A stretch of 64,000 bases of DNA. It comes from Callorhinchus milii (taxonomy: Eukaryota). Shown piece by piece: positions 12,911 to 25,780 of the stretch. The notes under the pieces were generated by a model that saw only the letters and a list, made by a program, of their open reading frames with translations, had not been told where the DNA came from and made no database searches. Both the position numbers and the translations under genes were made by a program. Every line of letters starts with the position of its first letter. Within the stretch, counting starts at the first letter, position 1. The stretch lies in the NCBI RefSeq assembly GCF_018977255.1, contig NW_024704743.1, positions 80,478,001 to 80,542,000 on the forward strand. The letters are read 5' to 3'.

Positions 12911-14149
12911 AAATGCAGTCAAAGAGGTAGATTTTTAGATAGAATTTGAGACATAAAGAGGGGATAAAGTAGAGGGTGAGAAGGAGGAAGTTCCAGTGCT
13001 TACGGGCATATAAAATTTTAATGTGTGCACTTCAAATCATAAGCGCAATAAGATTGTCAGTAGGGAATTTATATTTTTATTTTAAATTATTGATACTGAT
13101 CATGTATGAAAATTATTCTTAGCAAAATTCCAACCAGGATCAAACCTGTAATTACTGAGATATCCATTATGAAAATTAAAGATACATTCATTGTTGATGT
13201 ACTGAAAGCTGTGAGGTAATAACCCTAGGCAATTTCACTTCACTTTCTATAGTTTCAGAATTATCTGCTCTTTCTGCACTCAGGACAGTTTAGGAGTGAG
13301 CAGATAAGAAATCAAGTAATGAGAAAAGGCCACTTTGACCAACTAAGGCCACACCCTTTGTAGATTAGGCAGTACAACAATAGGAAAAGGCTTTATACAA
13401 TTCATAGCAGAGCCAGCATGAAAATTTACAGAAGTGTTCAGCAATGAAAGGATGTGTGTGAGACAATAATACTGATTGGTAAGTCTCAGACATGAATAAT
13501 GGTCACTTCAGGAGTTACCACTAGTGGTTAACCACTGGTGGAAGAGAATAAAGATAGTCAAACAGATTTAGAAGAGAAAATTGGAAGAGCAAAATTGTCC
13601 AAAAAACTGAAACAAATTTCCTGAAGAATTGCTGTGAAGAATGTCGTTGGATAAGCACTCTAATGGGAAAACCGAAATGTAATAGCGGGAGCATCAAGTA
13701 AGAGCCAAGTCCAAGTATGCCTCATGAAGGGAATCCCACATGTGTCTCAGTGAACTGCTGGAGCTCAGCTGTGAGGTGATCTTGGGTTAGAGCAAACTTC
13801 TCATGGGTTCAGTGTGATATACATAGAGTTCCAAGTCAGACAAATGTTTTCTGCACTTGTGCTATTTATCCTACATTCTTTTCTTTCAAGCGCTTTTTTA
13901 GCTCCATTGTTTCCATCAAATGATTCTTCAAGTAATAATTGTCACAAATGTATGTCTGACTTCAGCTTATCTGAGCCTTTCATAGATATGTCACTCCTAA
14001 GCCAACCACTTATTTTCAGTTCCAATCAAATTGGCATCTTCATAAGCCTATATGAAATACTCTTGATTCCCACAAGCACAGCAAGATATCATGGGATAGC
14101 ACAGAAAGTTTGCTCTCAGTTTGATCTATGAGCAGAAAAGTTTCATTGA

Positions 14150-14820
14150 AACAGAGAAGGTTGAGGGGACACCTGTTAGAGGGCTTTATAATTATGAAGG
14201 ATTTTGAAAAAGTAGATGGGGAGAAATTATTTGCAAAATATCAAAGGGGGAGATAAGCAGAAGGTGTTTTTTGCATAGAGAATTGTTAGGAATTTGAATG
14301 TCCTGTGGGGAGCAGTGGTCAAAGCAGGATCCATATTAGCTTTCGAGGGAGAACTAGACAGAGATTTAGAAAGAAATAATTTGGAGAGCATTGGAGAGAA
14401 AGCAGGTAAATGGGAATGAGTGATTCGCTCTTTCAAAAGCCTGATAGAAGTCTTTAAAATGCTGAAAGGTTTTGATAGGGTAGACATAAGGAAGATGTTT
14501 CCACTTGTGGGGGAGACCAAATCAGGGGCCATCAATATAAAATAGTCACAAATAGATCAAATAGGGAAGTTAGAAGACATTTCTTTACATAGAGAGTAGT
14601 GGGAATGTGGAACATGCTACCACAAGGGGTTGTTGAGGCAAATAGCATAGATGTATTTAAGGGGAAGCTAGATAGGTACATGAGGGAGAAAGGAATAGAA
14701 GGTTATGCTTGAAGGCTTAGTTGAGTAAGGCCAGGAGGAGGCTCATGTGGAGCATAAACACCGGCACAGACCAGTTGAGCCGAATGGCCTGTTTCTGTGC
14801 TATATAGTTTAATGTATTCT
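14150..14820 (+). mobile_element. Two adjacent CR1 LINE 3' fragments (about 14150-14440 and 14446-14820)
   Basis: CR1 C-terminal motifs (EVFKMLKGFDRVD, RHFFT.RVVGMWNMLP, FKGKLDRYM) and 3'UTR GCCGAATGGCCTGTTTCTGTGCT. Confidence 0.88.
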
Positions 14821-15143
14821 AATTACTTCAAATTGTGAGAGTAGACAGAATGAATCAAAAGATAGCAAAATAATAAAATAATCCTTCACAGAAAGTTTGC
14901 CCAATTCCAATGGTTTTCACAATGGTACAGATCAAAGTATTTAAACACAGAAGCTGATTATGTAGTCTTACTCTACTTTAAAATTCAGACTTGTTTTTCT
15001 TATCTGTTTTCTTTTCTTCTCTTTTATCTCCTGGTGAGTTTTGAGATTATTAGACTTTGTCTCCTTACACTGACATGCCTGAATATGCAACCAGGCAAAG
15101 AGCTTTCTATAATCAACTAACATTGACTTGAGGACAGAATATT

Positions 15144-15464
15144 GAGTCCTGTAGCTTAATGGTTAAAGCACTGATTCCTGGGCAAGGCGAAATGTTGGGC
15201 AAGTTTCCTTATACCACATGCCTCCATTCACCTAGCAGTAAGTAGTAACCCGGTTGTTAGTTGATTAGCAGATCACTTTTCCGGGGATAATAATCCCTTT
15301 AAAATCCATGACTGTTTTTGAGACACTGCTGTGGGCAATTGGCTGCCTCGTTTAACCCACAAAATACACCGTCAATTCACTTTACAGTATTTTCTGTGAA
15401 GCGCTTTGAGACATCTTGAAGATGTGATAAGGCACTATCTCAAATGCAAAGATTATTATTATAA
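15144..15464 (+). mobile_element. tRNA-derived Deu-SINE, long subfamily, with internal deletions
   Basis: GAGTCCTGTAGCTTAATGGTTA head, CACCTAGCAGTAAGTAGTAACCCGG insert, Deu motif, tail. Confidence 0.9.
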
Positions 15465-16016
15465 TATTGACAAGTCCAAAGGAGATGTATTTACTCTACA
15501 GGCTTCAGTGTCCAAAATGGTGTAGTTATCCCAAATTCTCCAGTCAAAATTGCATTACGGTAGGCTCGGGTTTGAAACTGTTACAAGTACACTCTTCCTT
15601 ATAACAAGCACAATCCTAGAGATGAAACGTCAGTATTCAGATCGTGCCAGCTTGTCCTTAGATTCAACTCTTCACTCTGCAGATTGAATTAGTACTATGG
15701 GGGAAAGGCAGATGAGCTCTGCTTCAGTGGATGTTCTGTTCTGAGATTAAACACATTTGCATTTAGAGTGATTCATTTTTAGATTTTGGGGAGAGGAAGG
15801 TGCCCTCAAGGTGAAATCTGAGATTCCATCCCATGGCTGCTTTGGCTGTCTTCTACTAAGCTCTATTCAGACTGATTGAAACAAAGTTAACTGTTTAAAA
15901 TAATTATTAAATCCATTAGACTACACACATGCAAACTAAACAGCATTATCAAATTCAGCTCAAAGGTTATAGTTAACCCTGAAATTCCACATTGTCTGAC
16001 TGCAAGACAATATTGC

Positions 16017-16140
16017 CTTAAAATTTAAGATAGTTTTGTATTGTATAAAATTCTTAAATTCAGTCTTAATTAAGTAGCTGCTTGTATTTGAGAATCGTGA
16101 AAATCAGCATCCAAATTAAGACTGAATTTAAGAATTTCCC
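16017..16140. repeat. Palindromic MITE-like repeat core with a perfect 24-bp inverted repeat
   Basis: AAATTCTTAAATTCAGTCTTAATT (16048-16071) and its exact reverse complement (16114-16137); related to 36341-36580, 50493-50732 and 58439-58671. Confidence 0.8.
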
Positions 16141-18099
16141 ATTAATGTTCTATGGTAGTCTCTATAGTCTGAGGTCTTCTTGGGGCAAAGCTGACTCCAA
16201 CATGACATAATTGGCAACAGAATGTCACAATTGAATCAATGCTCTGTGCCATTCTGAATTGTCTTGTTAGTGAGCCAATACTCTAAGACACTGACGTTGA
16301 CAAACCAGCCAGCCGAGCTCATCAGAATGAATTGGACGACACTAGGAGCAATGATTTTTCCCCACTCTACACCTGTTAATGTTGCAAACCAAAGCCCTAA
16401 TTGGTAGGATTATGGGTTCCTTTGCAGAGTGTGCGTTCCAGGGAAAAGTTACATGTGTAGGTGGCATACATATGTGTAACTTTTAGTCTGGTTTGAATAC
16501 TCTTAAGTGCGGTAATGTGTTTAGACATTCATGAGATATCCAGCTGAATTTAAGAGTAAATGATCTCACTTAGTGAAATTTCACGATTAGAATGAGCAAG
16601 AGTCAAAAGTAACTTAACATCCTATAAATAACCTCACACACATTGCTACTTAAATTAACTATGACCTTGTGCGCAGCAAAGATTTTTTTGTGTGTGCAGG
16701 TTAATTAGTAAATTCTGTCTGTGTTCAAGAGAGCAATACGTTTAACTTAATTTGCCAAGATACATTTAATTTTGCAAGATAAGGAGAAAATGTTAGTGGA
16801 AAGTACTTGGAAATTAGATCCAATTTTAAAATGACTACACATCAAGCTGTTCCCATGTAGAGCAATGCAGAACATGTCCACATCTACCTCTGATTAGAAT
16901 ACGATATCAATGACCTTACTCCTAGATTGTTAACATTGACCTCAATACTGTATTGTCAACACTTATAGCAATTACAGCTCTTCCACATTATCAGTGAAAT
17001 ACTGAATCCCGTTAAATGAGTCATGTGAGCTGACTAAAACACCAATTAATAGGGGGCAGATGCCATTTGAACAAGCAGACTGTTAATTGACCAAAATTTT
17101 GCGCAGAACAGTAATTATGTAAATTAAGATGGTTGACATAATTTGGGGAATTAAGGGGAAAACAAGTATTAACTGTAACTTAACATTTTTATCCTCTTTG
17201 TTGGAGATATGGTAGCTCTGCCCAAACCCACTTAAAAGGCATATGTTTTGCACTAGGCTAGAGTGGATTGTCTATCACTTAGAAACTGTGCATGTTTATT
17301 CAGCTACAGTAAGAATGCATATATACAATGCTTTGGAACCCCATAAACTAGACATTGTGTTGCTAGTGAACTCAAACGAAATGCATAGAAAAAAATCCTT
17401 TCAAGAAATATGACCTTGGAGAATAAACAGGTAGGCTCAATTAAACTTATATTAAACTAAAAAATAAATTTATATACAATATTTACATCCCTAATAATGT
17501 GCCCTCAATCACATCTTCTTAAATAGTGATTGCTCTTTTGTGTTCACTTCAATCTCACTCAGTGCATCTCATACCTGTATGAGAAGGAAAGAGAGCAGTA
17601 TCCCTGATGGTTTGTGTCCAAAAGATAGAGGGAGAAACAGTGTCCTCACCCTCTCATACTTCCATTCACCCCAGTAGCATGAGACACCACCTTATGATGG
17701 CCTACTGTGCAACCACTTATCCCACCCTCTTTCACCCTCACCTCTGCTGTGGTTAGTTCTCTGCCAACAGCCGATCCATCATCTACCTTACCTCCAAGAT
17801 ATTTGCTCTGATTGGCACTGTATAGTTATACTGCTTTCTGCAGTGTTGACTGTAATGAGGGGCCGTGGCCTTTGGGGAGAGGAGGATGTCAGCCAGTCAT
17901 TATTCCCTATGTCTCCCTCTCATCTTATCCATCCTCTTCATCATGATCATCTTCCTCCTTCTCCCGTAGAACCAGTTGGATAAAAACCTTCTCAAGGATG
18001 TCTCCGTTGCTCATGTCCAGATGAAGCCTCCTCACAAACCAATAATGGCTGAGTCCGTAAAATAGAAATTAGAAGCACATTGGCAAGATACTTTAACAA

Positions 18100-18500
18100 T
18101 CCAGAGGTTCCTTATTGAAAGTCTTGGGACTTGGAACTCACTTGGAAGTCTACTCTAAGCTAACACTGAAATCCAGTGCTGGGTGTGCTGCATTGTTGAA
18201 GATGCCATCCTTCAAATGAGATATTAAACTGAGTTCAGGTGGATGTTAAAGATCACACGGTACTATTTGAAAAAATAATGGAGTTTCTCCTGGTGTCTCC
18301 TGGTGCCTGGCCAACAATCCCCCAATTAAAATTGATCATTCACTTCACGGCTATTTGTGGGACATTGCTTTGCACAAATTGGCTGCTGCATTTGCCACAA
18401 TACACACAGTCGCTGCACTTTACAGTATATCCTATGATGACTGTTGGGACGTCCTCTTGACGTAAAAGGGGCCAATCCAAATGCAAGTGTCATTATTATC
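18100..18500 (+). mobile_element. SacSINE1/AmnSINE1-like Deu-SINE (older family)
   Basis: GTGCTGCATTG..GAGATATTAAAC..CAGGTGGATGTTAAAGATC..GGAGTTTCTCCTGGTGTC..GGCCAACAATCCCC, Deu motif, L2-type tail. Confidence 0.85.
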
Positions 18501-19223
18501 ATAAGTGAGGCATAACCTAAAGCCAAATTCTCATTAGTAAGACAATTCCTAGCCTGACAAAGGACCAGAATCCCCAAATCTCCTCCTCTTTCTCTTTGGG
18601 TCTTCTTCATTGTGATGGCCCCTATTGTGGAGGCCACAGGCATGATTTGGGTGTGTTAGAACATGATGCCTTAAACAATGTCATATTCTGTTCATCTTAC
18701 CTCTGTATTTACCTTCAGCTCATGAAGCGCCATCCCGATCTTCAGGCAGGATAACCTGGAGCCACTGGCAACATTGACTAATCAGTTATTTCCAACCAAG
18801 CATTCCTTCTTTGCCAGAACCTGACAATGTTGCCAGTGGCCCCAAAGTGATTTCCCTCTGAATATCTTCACAACTACTGCCAGGGTTTGTTGTCCCACAG
18901 AGCTCAGCATCCTCCTCCTCCTCCACTTAACAATGTTGACTGTGCTACCAATTCTCATTACATCTAGTGTATATATTCTGTCCAGGTGGCAATTATCACC
19001 TCACTGTGCTTGTTGAACCAGGATCAAGGCCTTTTTTCTGGAAAACAGAGACCAATAATTTTCATAGATTAATGTTTTTGGCAAAAAAAACTACACGGAA
19101 TCACCTTTACTCAAGTACCATTTGGCTACTGGAATTTCGACCCATTGGTCTTGCAAAAATATAAATTTGCTCTAAGCCAGTTTTAAATGACAGTATTTTG
19201 TTCTCTTTTATTTAACATAATTT

Positions 19224-19386
19224 AACAACAACAACAAGATTTCATTTATAGAGCGCCTTTCACGTCGGGAGGACGTCCCAAGGCGCTGGACAGTTGGGTC
19301 GGGACCCAAGCAGGGGGGAATTGGTCAGGGGGAGGGAAGGGAGGGAGCGAGGAGGGGGTAGAGAGTCGAGAGGGGAGCTGAAGGCA
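19224..19386 (-). mobile_element. Young L2 3' end, heavily 5'-truncated
   Basis: Closely matches the reverse complement of about 33734-33953 but has one copy of the 3'UTR unit; TSD ATTTAA at 19220-19225 and 19386-19391. Confidence 0.93.
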
Positions 19387-19589
19387 TTTAAGCAATGGAT
19401 GACCTTTAGCTGCTTTGATTGCAGTGTATGATGCATTTGATTTGAAGGTTAAAGAGCATTAATAGCATTATTATAATTTAATTTTTCACAGTACCAGAAC
19501 ATTTTATAAACAGGGTGCACTGGGCCAACTATCTTCCAAATATTCTCAATTATTTCAAGGCTCAGAGAACAGAAGATCACAACCGATTT

Positions 19590-19810
19590 CAGAATATTAA
19601 CAACACAGAAGATGGTGGAACATGGAACTCACTGCCAGAAGCCGTGGTTGAAGCAGAAAATAGTATTTGAGAGGTTTACACAAGGGAGAAGGGTATAGAG
19701 GGCCATGAGGAGAGGTCAGAGAGGGGGGGATTAGGATGGGTAAAAACCAGCATGAACTAACTGGGCTAAATTCCTTCTTTCGTTGCTACAGATTCTGTGC
19801 ATTTTTATGT
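19590..19810 (+). mobile_element. CR1 3' fragment
   Basis: ACACAGAAGATGGTGGAACATGGAACTCACTGCCAG..GTGGTTGAAGCAG and a CR1-like 3'UTR. Confidence 0.7.
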
Positions 19811-20999
19811 AACATAAGAAAATATTTGATTCATTCAGCCCATACCTTCCACTATCATGTACAACTTAACCTATTATGAACTTAACATCTCAAGAAATAT
19901 CTCTTTGACTGTACTTTTGTTCATCCGTCTCCTCCCCACCCATCTAGGCTGCCCAGTCAGAAGTTAAGCGCTTTGCGATACCATCCCAATGTAAAAAGCA
20001 GTGTATGAATGTAAATTTGTGTTGCAACTTCATCTGTCTCCTACTAAATATTATACTATACATATTCCCTAGAACCCAACGATGCCCAAGCATAAACTTC
20101 AGAACATTTGTGAGTGCTGGGTACAGAGAATGAGAGAATGTAACTTGTAAGGTGATCAAACAAGTTGCTTTGTTTTTTTTCCCCAAATAAAACTGTGAAA
20201 TATTTACCTAAAACAAGTAAAACAGCCTTGATGTAGGAGAAACTGTGAAAAATGTTTTATTTATGAATTGCTCACAAGGTTGTGTTAAGCTAAAGAGGAA
20301 TTACTCTTTAAGAAGACTTGGAGTTGCCTGAATTAATTTTGAGCAGTCAGACACATGTAAAAGGAAACATAATTTAAAAGGCCTCGCAGAAGCGGGCTTG
20401 TACTTTGTTTGAGGCAGATGGTATTATGCTTCAGTAAGGATAAACATTTATATTAACTTCTCTCTGAACTAAGAATAAACAAAATCAGCAGCTGACTTCA
20501 CTACCACTGAAGTAAAAATTACAATTTGGGATGTGATAATTATCACTGATGTTAATTATCATATTACACATTGCAATTTTCACCCCAGTATATTTCCTCG
20601 CTCCTCTCCTCACTGTGTCTGTGCGCTGAGCAACTCCCTAATCGTCCTTGCTGGCTTTAGCCTGCAGCTAATCTCACCATCTCCAACATCCAGTTATTGA
20701 AAAAAACAGTTCATTTTCTAAATGTTCAATTTCTTCCATTTTAACGTCCTTTTATACCTTGGAGGCTTGTGTTCAAGTCCAGCACAGGTAAGAGGGCATG
20801 AAAATTTTATTTTTCTTGTGATCAGGCTTTTACCTTTTCTGGCTGACTGTTCACCTCTAGGATGTGTGTTGAACCTCATGCCCTTGCATGACAATCTCTA
20901 CTCTTCAGTGAAACTGGGTGATCCCAGCATATTAAGGTAATATCCTTCATCATTCATCTTCTTCACCATTCTTACCTCTTTCCCAATTTGAACACTTAT

Positions 21000-21780
21000 T
21001 GATAACAACAATAGTCCTTGCATTTGTTATAGTGCCTTATCATATCGTTGAAACGTCTCAAAGAGCTTCACAAGATATACTGTACTTCCACCTTTTCTTT
21101 ACAACCCTGGAGAAAACTATCTCCTGGCTCCTTCAACAATGGCCTTTCAAATTCCAAACTCCTCTCTCTGAATTGTGTTGCCTTCTCTTTCAATACTCTC
21201 ATCACTCAGTGTCTGATTCCATCAACTCTTTGACTGCTCACTCGGCCTAAACCAGATGGTTTATAACTTTTGCCTTATCCTTAACCCTAAGCTGAGTTTC
21301 AAACTCAACATCCAATTTACTGTCAAGTCCAGCTACTTCCAGCTACAGAACATTGTTCCCTTACTTTACCCTTCACTGCTACTGAAACCTTTATCCATGC
21401 CTTTTTCACCATGAGGATAAGAGTTTACAATGCTCTCCTTGTCAAATTTCCCAGCAATACTCTCCAGAAGCTTCCAAACTGCATCCTGAGTTCTCTCCAA
21501 TACGAGATTCCACCTATCAAGCCTTTATATTTATATAGCGCCTTTCATATTGGGAGGACATTCCAAAGCCCTTGACACTGGGACCCTGAGCTGGGTGTGA
21601 GCATAGAGGGAATGGAGATTGGTGACCGAAAGCAGTCAACAGGGTAAATCTTGAGACAGTGTAGTGAGAGATGGCTGGAAGCTCGCTCATCAATGGTGGG
21701 GCAGCAAGGGTGAGTGATGTGAAGCTGGTTGGTGCTCACTGAGCAAAGGGAACAGCCGGGTCAAGCCAGCGCTTTAGGAT
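21000..21780. mobile_element. Cluster: SINE tail (-), old L2 fragment (+, about 21090-21520), L2 tail (-, about 21525-21770)
   Basis: Tail motif ATTTATATAGCGCCTTTCA; L2 motifs CAGAACATTG..GAAACCTTTATCCATGCC. Confidence 0.7.
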
Positions 21781-22894
21781 GCCCTTGTGATGTGAAATAA
21801 TTATTATTATAAACTGTAATGAAAAGCATTGACTTGCACTGAATTGCTGTGAGGAGGCCTTTTTCCTTCACCAGATTGCTCTTCTGCTACTCATGGCACT
21901 GAAACCACTCCCAATAGCTAAACACTCAGCAGTACCATGTTTGTGACAGTTGCGCAGGACCTTTTGAGAGTTCTTTTCTGATTACCATTTCCTGAATAAT
22001 AGTACAGAAATGGGGAAATAGATGCTGGATACAAACTCATCCAATATTCAAGTGTATCTCCCAGTCTCTGCTACAATTATTTCACCAGTGGTCGACCATG
22101 AAAAAGCTGTTCCAAGGTCCCGCGTAGGTGTAATGCACATGACATTATTGCATCACTTACATAATATTATCATAAGCTCTTTGTATGCACTGAACGAAGA
22201 GGGGAATTGATGGGATTTGCAAATGTAAAGCAGTGGCTGCACTGCAAGTATAGCTGAGTGTCAATGCCATAACCTGAACAGTGCAGCCATTGCAATATGT
22301 AACATCAGCATTAAACACGGGCAAATGAATTAGCTTGCAGCACTATTCCCTGAATTATCTGAACCTTATCAATGAAAATCGTACAATGGCTGGCAAATAG
22401 CTTACAGGCTGCTTGCTGTTTTCCATCTGTACTATCTTGACAAATGATTATTGGTAGCAGACAATTTGAGGCAACACAATTACCGTTCATCTCCTTTGTC
22501 AGGAAGCAGCTGACAAATGCAAACATTCATGACACATTATTGTGAAACCTATTGAAAAGATTGAGCATAACACTTGCATGTCTTGTGATACTGACACACA
22601 AATCCACGGTTAAACTTTCTGAATTAATTGATTTAAAGTGCACTGTATTTGTATTAGGATGGCTAAATGTTAATTTTACATGCTGCTGAATGTTATAGTC
22701 TCACAAGTATTAAACTAAAGAAGATAATTCTTCAACCCTCAGTAAATGTGCTGACCTTGGCTGGTCCGCTTATAATAGGATTTATATTCAGAGATTTCAC
22801 AGAAGTTGTCTGGTATTCAATGATCACACAAATCACTGAGGATCATGAGGAGACCTGGGGTTAAATACTCATTTATCATTTAAATACTCAGTCT

Positions 22895-23075
22895 GTGTCA
22901 GCTTGACTTAGATGGTAGCACTCTTGCATCTGAGTCGGAAAGTTTTGGGTTCAAGCCCCATATTGAGACTTTGAAATCATAAGCTAAGCTGCTACTTCAG
23001 TGCAATGTCAAAGGTGCTGTCCTTTGGATGAGACATCAAACCAAGGTCCCATCTGCCTGTTCACATAGACATTAA
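22895..23075 (+). mobile_element. SacSINE1-like SINE, 5' part
   Basis: GTCAGCTTGACTTAGATGGTAGCACTCTTGCATCTGAGTCGGAAAG..GGGTTCAAGCCCCA head; matches 38965-39150. Confidence 0.85.
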
Positions 23076-23255
23076 GCTCCCTTCACATCTCTTTTGATGC
23101 CACAGTTTTCCCCTAACATTTTGTTATTAACAAATGTAACTTTCTTGCACTGAACGTAATTGCATGTACCAATTTTCTTTTACTGTCAACAGATTTGTTT
23201 GTTTGGGGGCAGACCTATGTTAAAATGGATAGAGTTGCAGTTTAGGGGCCTGGGG

Positions 23256-23638
23256 CCCCTGGGGTTCGCTTGTTCAAATCCACACTGAGTTTGTTATAAT
23301 AGTAATCCTTGCATTTGATATAGTGCCTTATCACATCTTCAAGACGTCTCAAAGCACTTCACAGAATATGCTGTAAAGTGAATTGACTGTACATTTCCTG
23401 GGCGAAATGCAGCAGCCAATTGCGTACATCAGTGTCCCAGTGTTTATTTTGTTGAAGGGATTATTATCCCCGGAAAAGCGATCTGCTAATTGACTAACAA
23501 CCGAGTTCCTATTTACTGTTAGGTAAACAGATGCTTGTGGAGTACGGAAACTTGCACAATGTTTCGCCCTGCCCAGGAATCAAACTCAGGTTCTTTCGCT
23601 TGCGAGATGAGCGCTCTAACCACTGAGCTACAGGGCTC
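23256..23638 (-). mobile_element. Full-length tRNA-derived Deu-SINE, long subfamily
   Basis: Minus-strand head GAGCCCTGTAGCTCAGTGGTTAGAGCGCTCATCTCGCAAGCG, about 60-bp insert, Deu motif, tail. Confidence 0.92.
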
Positions 23639-23649
23639 AGCCAAAGCTA

Positions 23650-23800
23650 AATGGGGAGGATGAATTGGTTAGGGGGAAAGACAGCTAGGATTCCTGCTCT
23701 TTGTCCCTCTACAGCATTTGTGTCAGGCAGGTGGGGAGAGATCATGCAACACCGTCTACAGTCGAGTGGCCTGCTGACAAATGAACAATGGCTAGTTGGG
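23650..23800 (+). mobile_element. AmnSINE2-like ancient SINE fragment
   Basis: GGAAAGACAGCTAGGATTCCTGCTC, CAGTCGAGTGGCCTGCTGACA and ATGAACAATGGCTAGTTGGG resemble the recalled AmnSINE2 body; related copies at 29062, 48983 and 61598. Confidence 0.55.
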
Positions 23801-24326
23801 TGCATGTGGATTCATACTCAACAAGAGGAAGCAGACCAGGAGCAGTGAGGCATATGCCTGTGGGGAGAAAATTAGAGAAAAAAATAATTAGACATTATTT
23901 TTTTAAATGTTTGAGACAAAATATATATTGGACAATATGTGGAGTTACAAAAAGGTTTACTTTTAAAAAAATAACAGAAATTACCAAGATAGTCTAGAAG
24001 TAGCATTTTAATTCTCATATGTCATTAGGATTGAAAAACTATAGCATGAAGGACAACAACAAATTACATTTATAAAGCGCTTTTCACTTTGGGAGGACGT
24101 CCCAAGGCGCTGAACGTTGTGAATCAGAAAAAAAATACCTCAAGGGCATAAAGTGAGTCTTCTCCAGGAAAACTTTGATATGTCACATTGTCCCATGAGA
24201 AATCTGACCAGAGATATTACCAGAGCCAAGTTTTCAATAACAACACAATTTCCATTTGTACAGTGCCCTTTGTATAGGGTAGTGTCTTGGAGCGCTTGAA
24301 ATTCACACTGAAATTGCATTTGTTGT

Positions 24327-24590
24327 TGAGGTCCCGTCTGCCTATTCAGGTGGATTTTAAAGATCCAATGGTACTAATAGAAAATGGAGTTTCTTCTGGT
24401 GTCTTGGCCAACAATCCCCCAAATAAAATTGGTCACTCACTCCAGGGCTGATTGTGGGACAATGCTGTGTGTCGCACACAAAAGATATAGTCAAACCACT
24501 TTACAGTATATCTTGTGAAGCTCTTTGAGACGTCTCAACGATTTGATAAGGCACTATATCAAATGCAAGGATTATTATCATTACTATTAA
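24327..24590 (+). mobile_element. SacSINE1-like SINE, 3' part
   Basis: GAGGTCCCGTCTGCCTATTCAGGTGGA..GGCCAACAATCCCC, Deu motif, tail. Confidence 0.85.
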
Positions 24591-25429
24591 TATTATAGTT
24601 GGACTTCTCTGGCGGAGACTCATTTTACGTCTCGTGGACCTTTGTTTAATGCGAAGCATAATTTCCCAATTAACCCTTTCTACAATCTTAAGAGTTGCAC
24701 AAAAATCCAGAGATATACAAGTAGAGCATACAACCTTTTCCTTTTCAAAAGGTTTGCTGCTTGTCCAAAATAAATATAAAATGGAAAGGAGGAAATACCA
24801 CATTGATCATTCAGGATAGTATCTGTCCGACTACCAATAGTGGCAGCATTTGTGCATCTCAATCTTATCTTCTGCATATTTTGAGACTGTGTTTTGACAG
24901 AAAACAATCTGAACAAAAGTGAAATGTGAACAATTTCGCATTCTGCAATACTTTACTTAACAGCAAGCAAGATCAGGGTAGCTGATATTCACTGAATGAC
25001 GGTGCCCATCCATCACTTCAGACTGGAAGGAGGTGTGTTCTGTGAGAGAACTCTCCTTTCATCTCTGGACCAAGGTTTGAATCAAATTGAAATAAGTAGA
25101 GATAAGATGAGTATTCCATTCTGTAAACAGTATGGGTCTCAGTCTGTCTCACAAACTCACTTTCATTCACAAAGCAGTTTTTTGTTCTTCTCAATCAGTC
25201 ACTTAGTATCTTCACCTTTAATTGATGCAAAATTCAGTTTTCTGTACGTGTTTTATGTCGAGAACTGGCTAAATTGATTTCAATTATATATAAGCACCTA
25301 GAGACAAATTTGTCAAACTTGCCAAATTGAATAGACTGTGTTTAGCTCAGATAAACCATACAGAAAATGCTCCCCACTCAATAGCAGTCAGAGAAAATAT
25401 CAAGCAAGAGTAACAGATGCACCCTCCAC

Positions 25430-25780
25430 TGTCACTCTGGCTGTAGGTGTCAATTGGTACCACTGGTTAGAACTTTGATCTAAGATGGCAGTCCAATGCA
25501 GTGCTGAGAAAGTGCTGCATGGTTGGCGGTGCCACCTTTCAGTTTTGTTTGTTTATTTAAATTGGACGTTAAAGATCCCGTAGCACTATTCGAAAAGAGA
25601 ACGGAGTTTCTAGTCACCAATCAACCAGATAAAAAAATTAGGCATTCACTTCACGGCTCTTTGTGGAGCATTGTTGGGTACAAATTTACTGCTGCATTCA
25701 CCTAATTAATGCACAGTCACTTTTCAGAAAAACGCTTTGGGACGCTTCAGTGTTACAGGTGTAATATCTTATTATTTATA
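25430..25780 (+). mobile_element. SacSINE1-like SINE, degenerate
   Basis: TGCAGTGCTGAG..GTGCTGCAT..GGACGTTAAAGATCCCGTAGCACTATTCGAAAAGAG, Deu motif. Confidence 0.78.

Noticed and set aside
17840..18660. Acidic minus-strand peptide (EKEEDDHDEEDG) and ACGLHN motif as DNA transposase remnants
   Set aside because: Too short and degenerate to support without a profile search.
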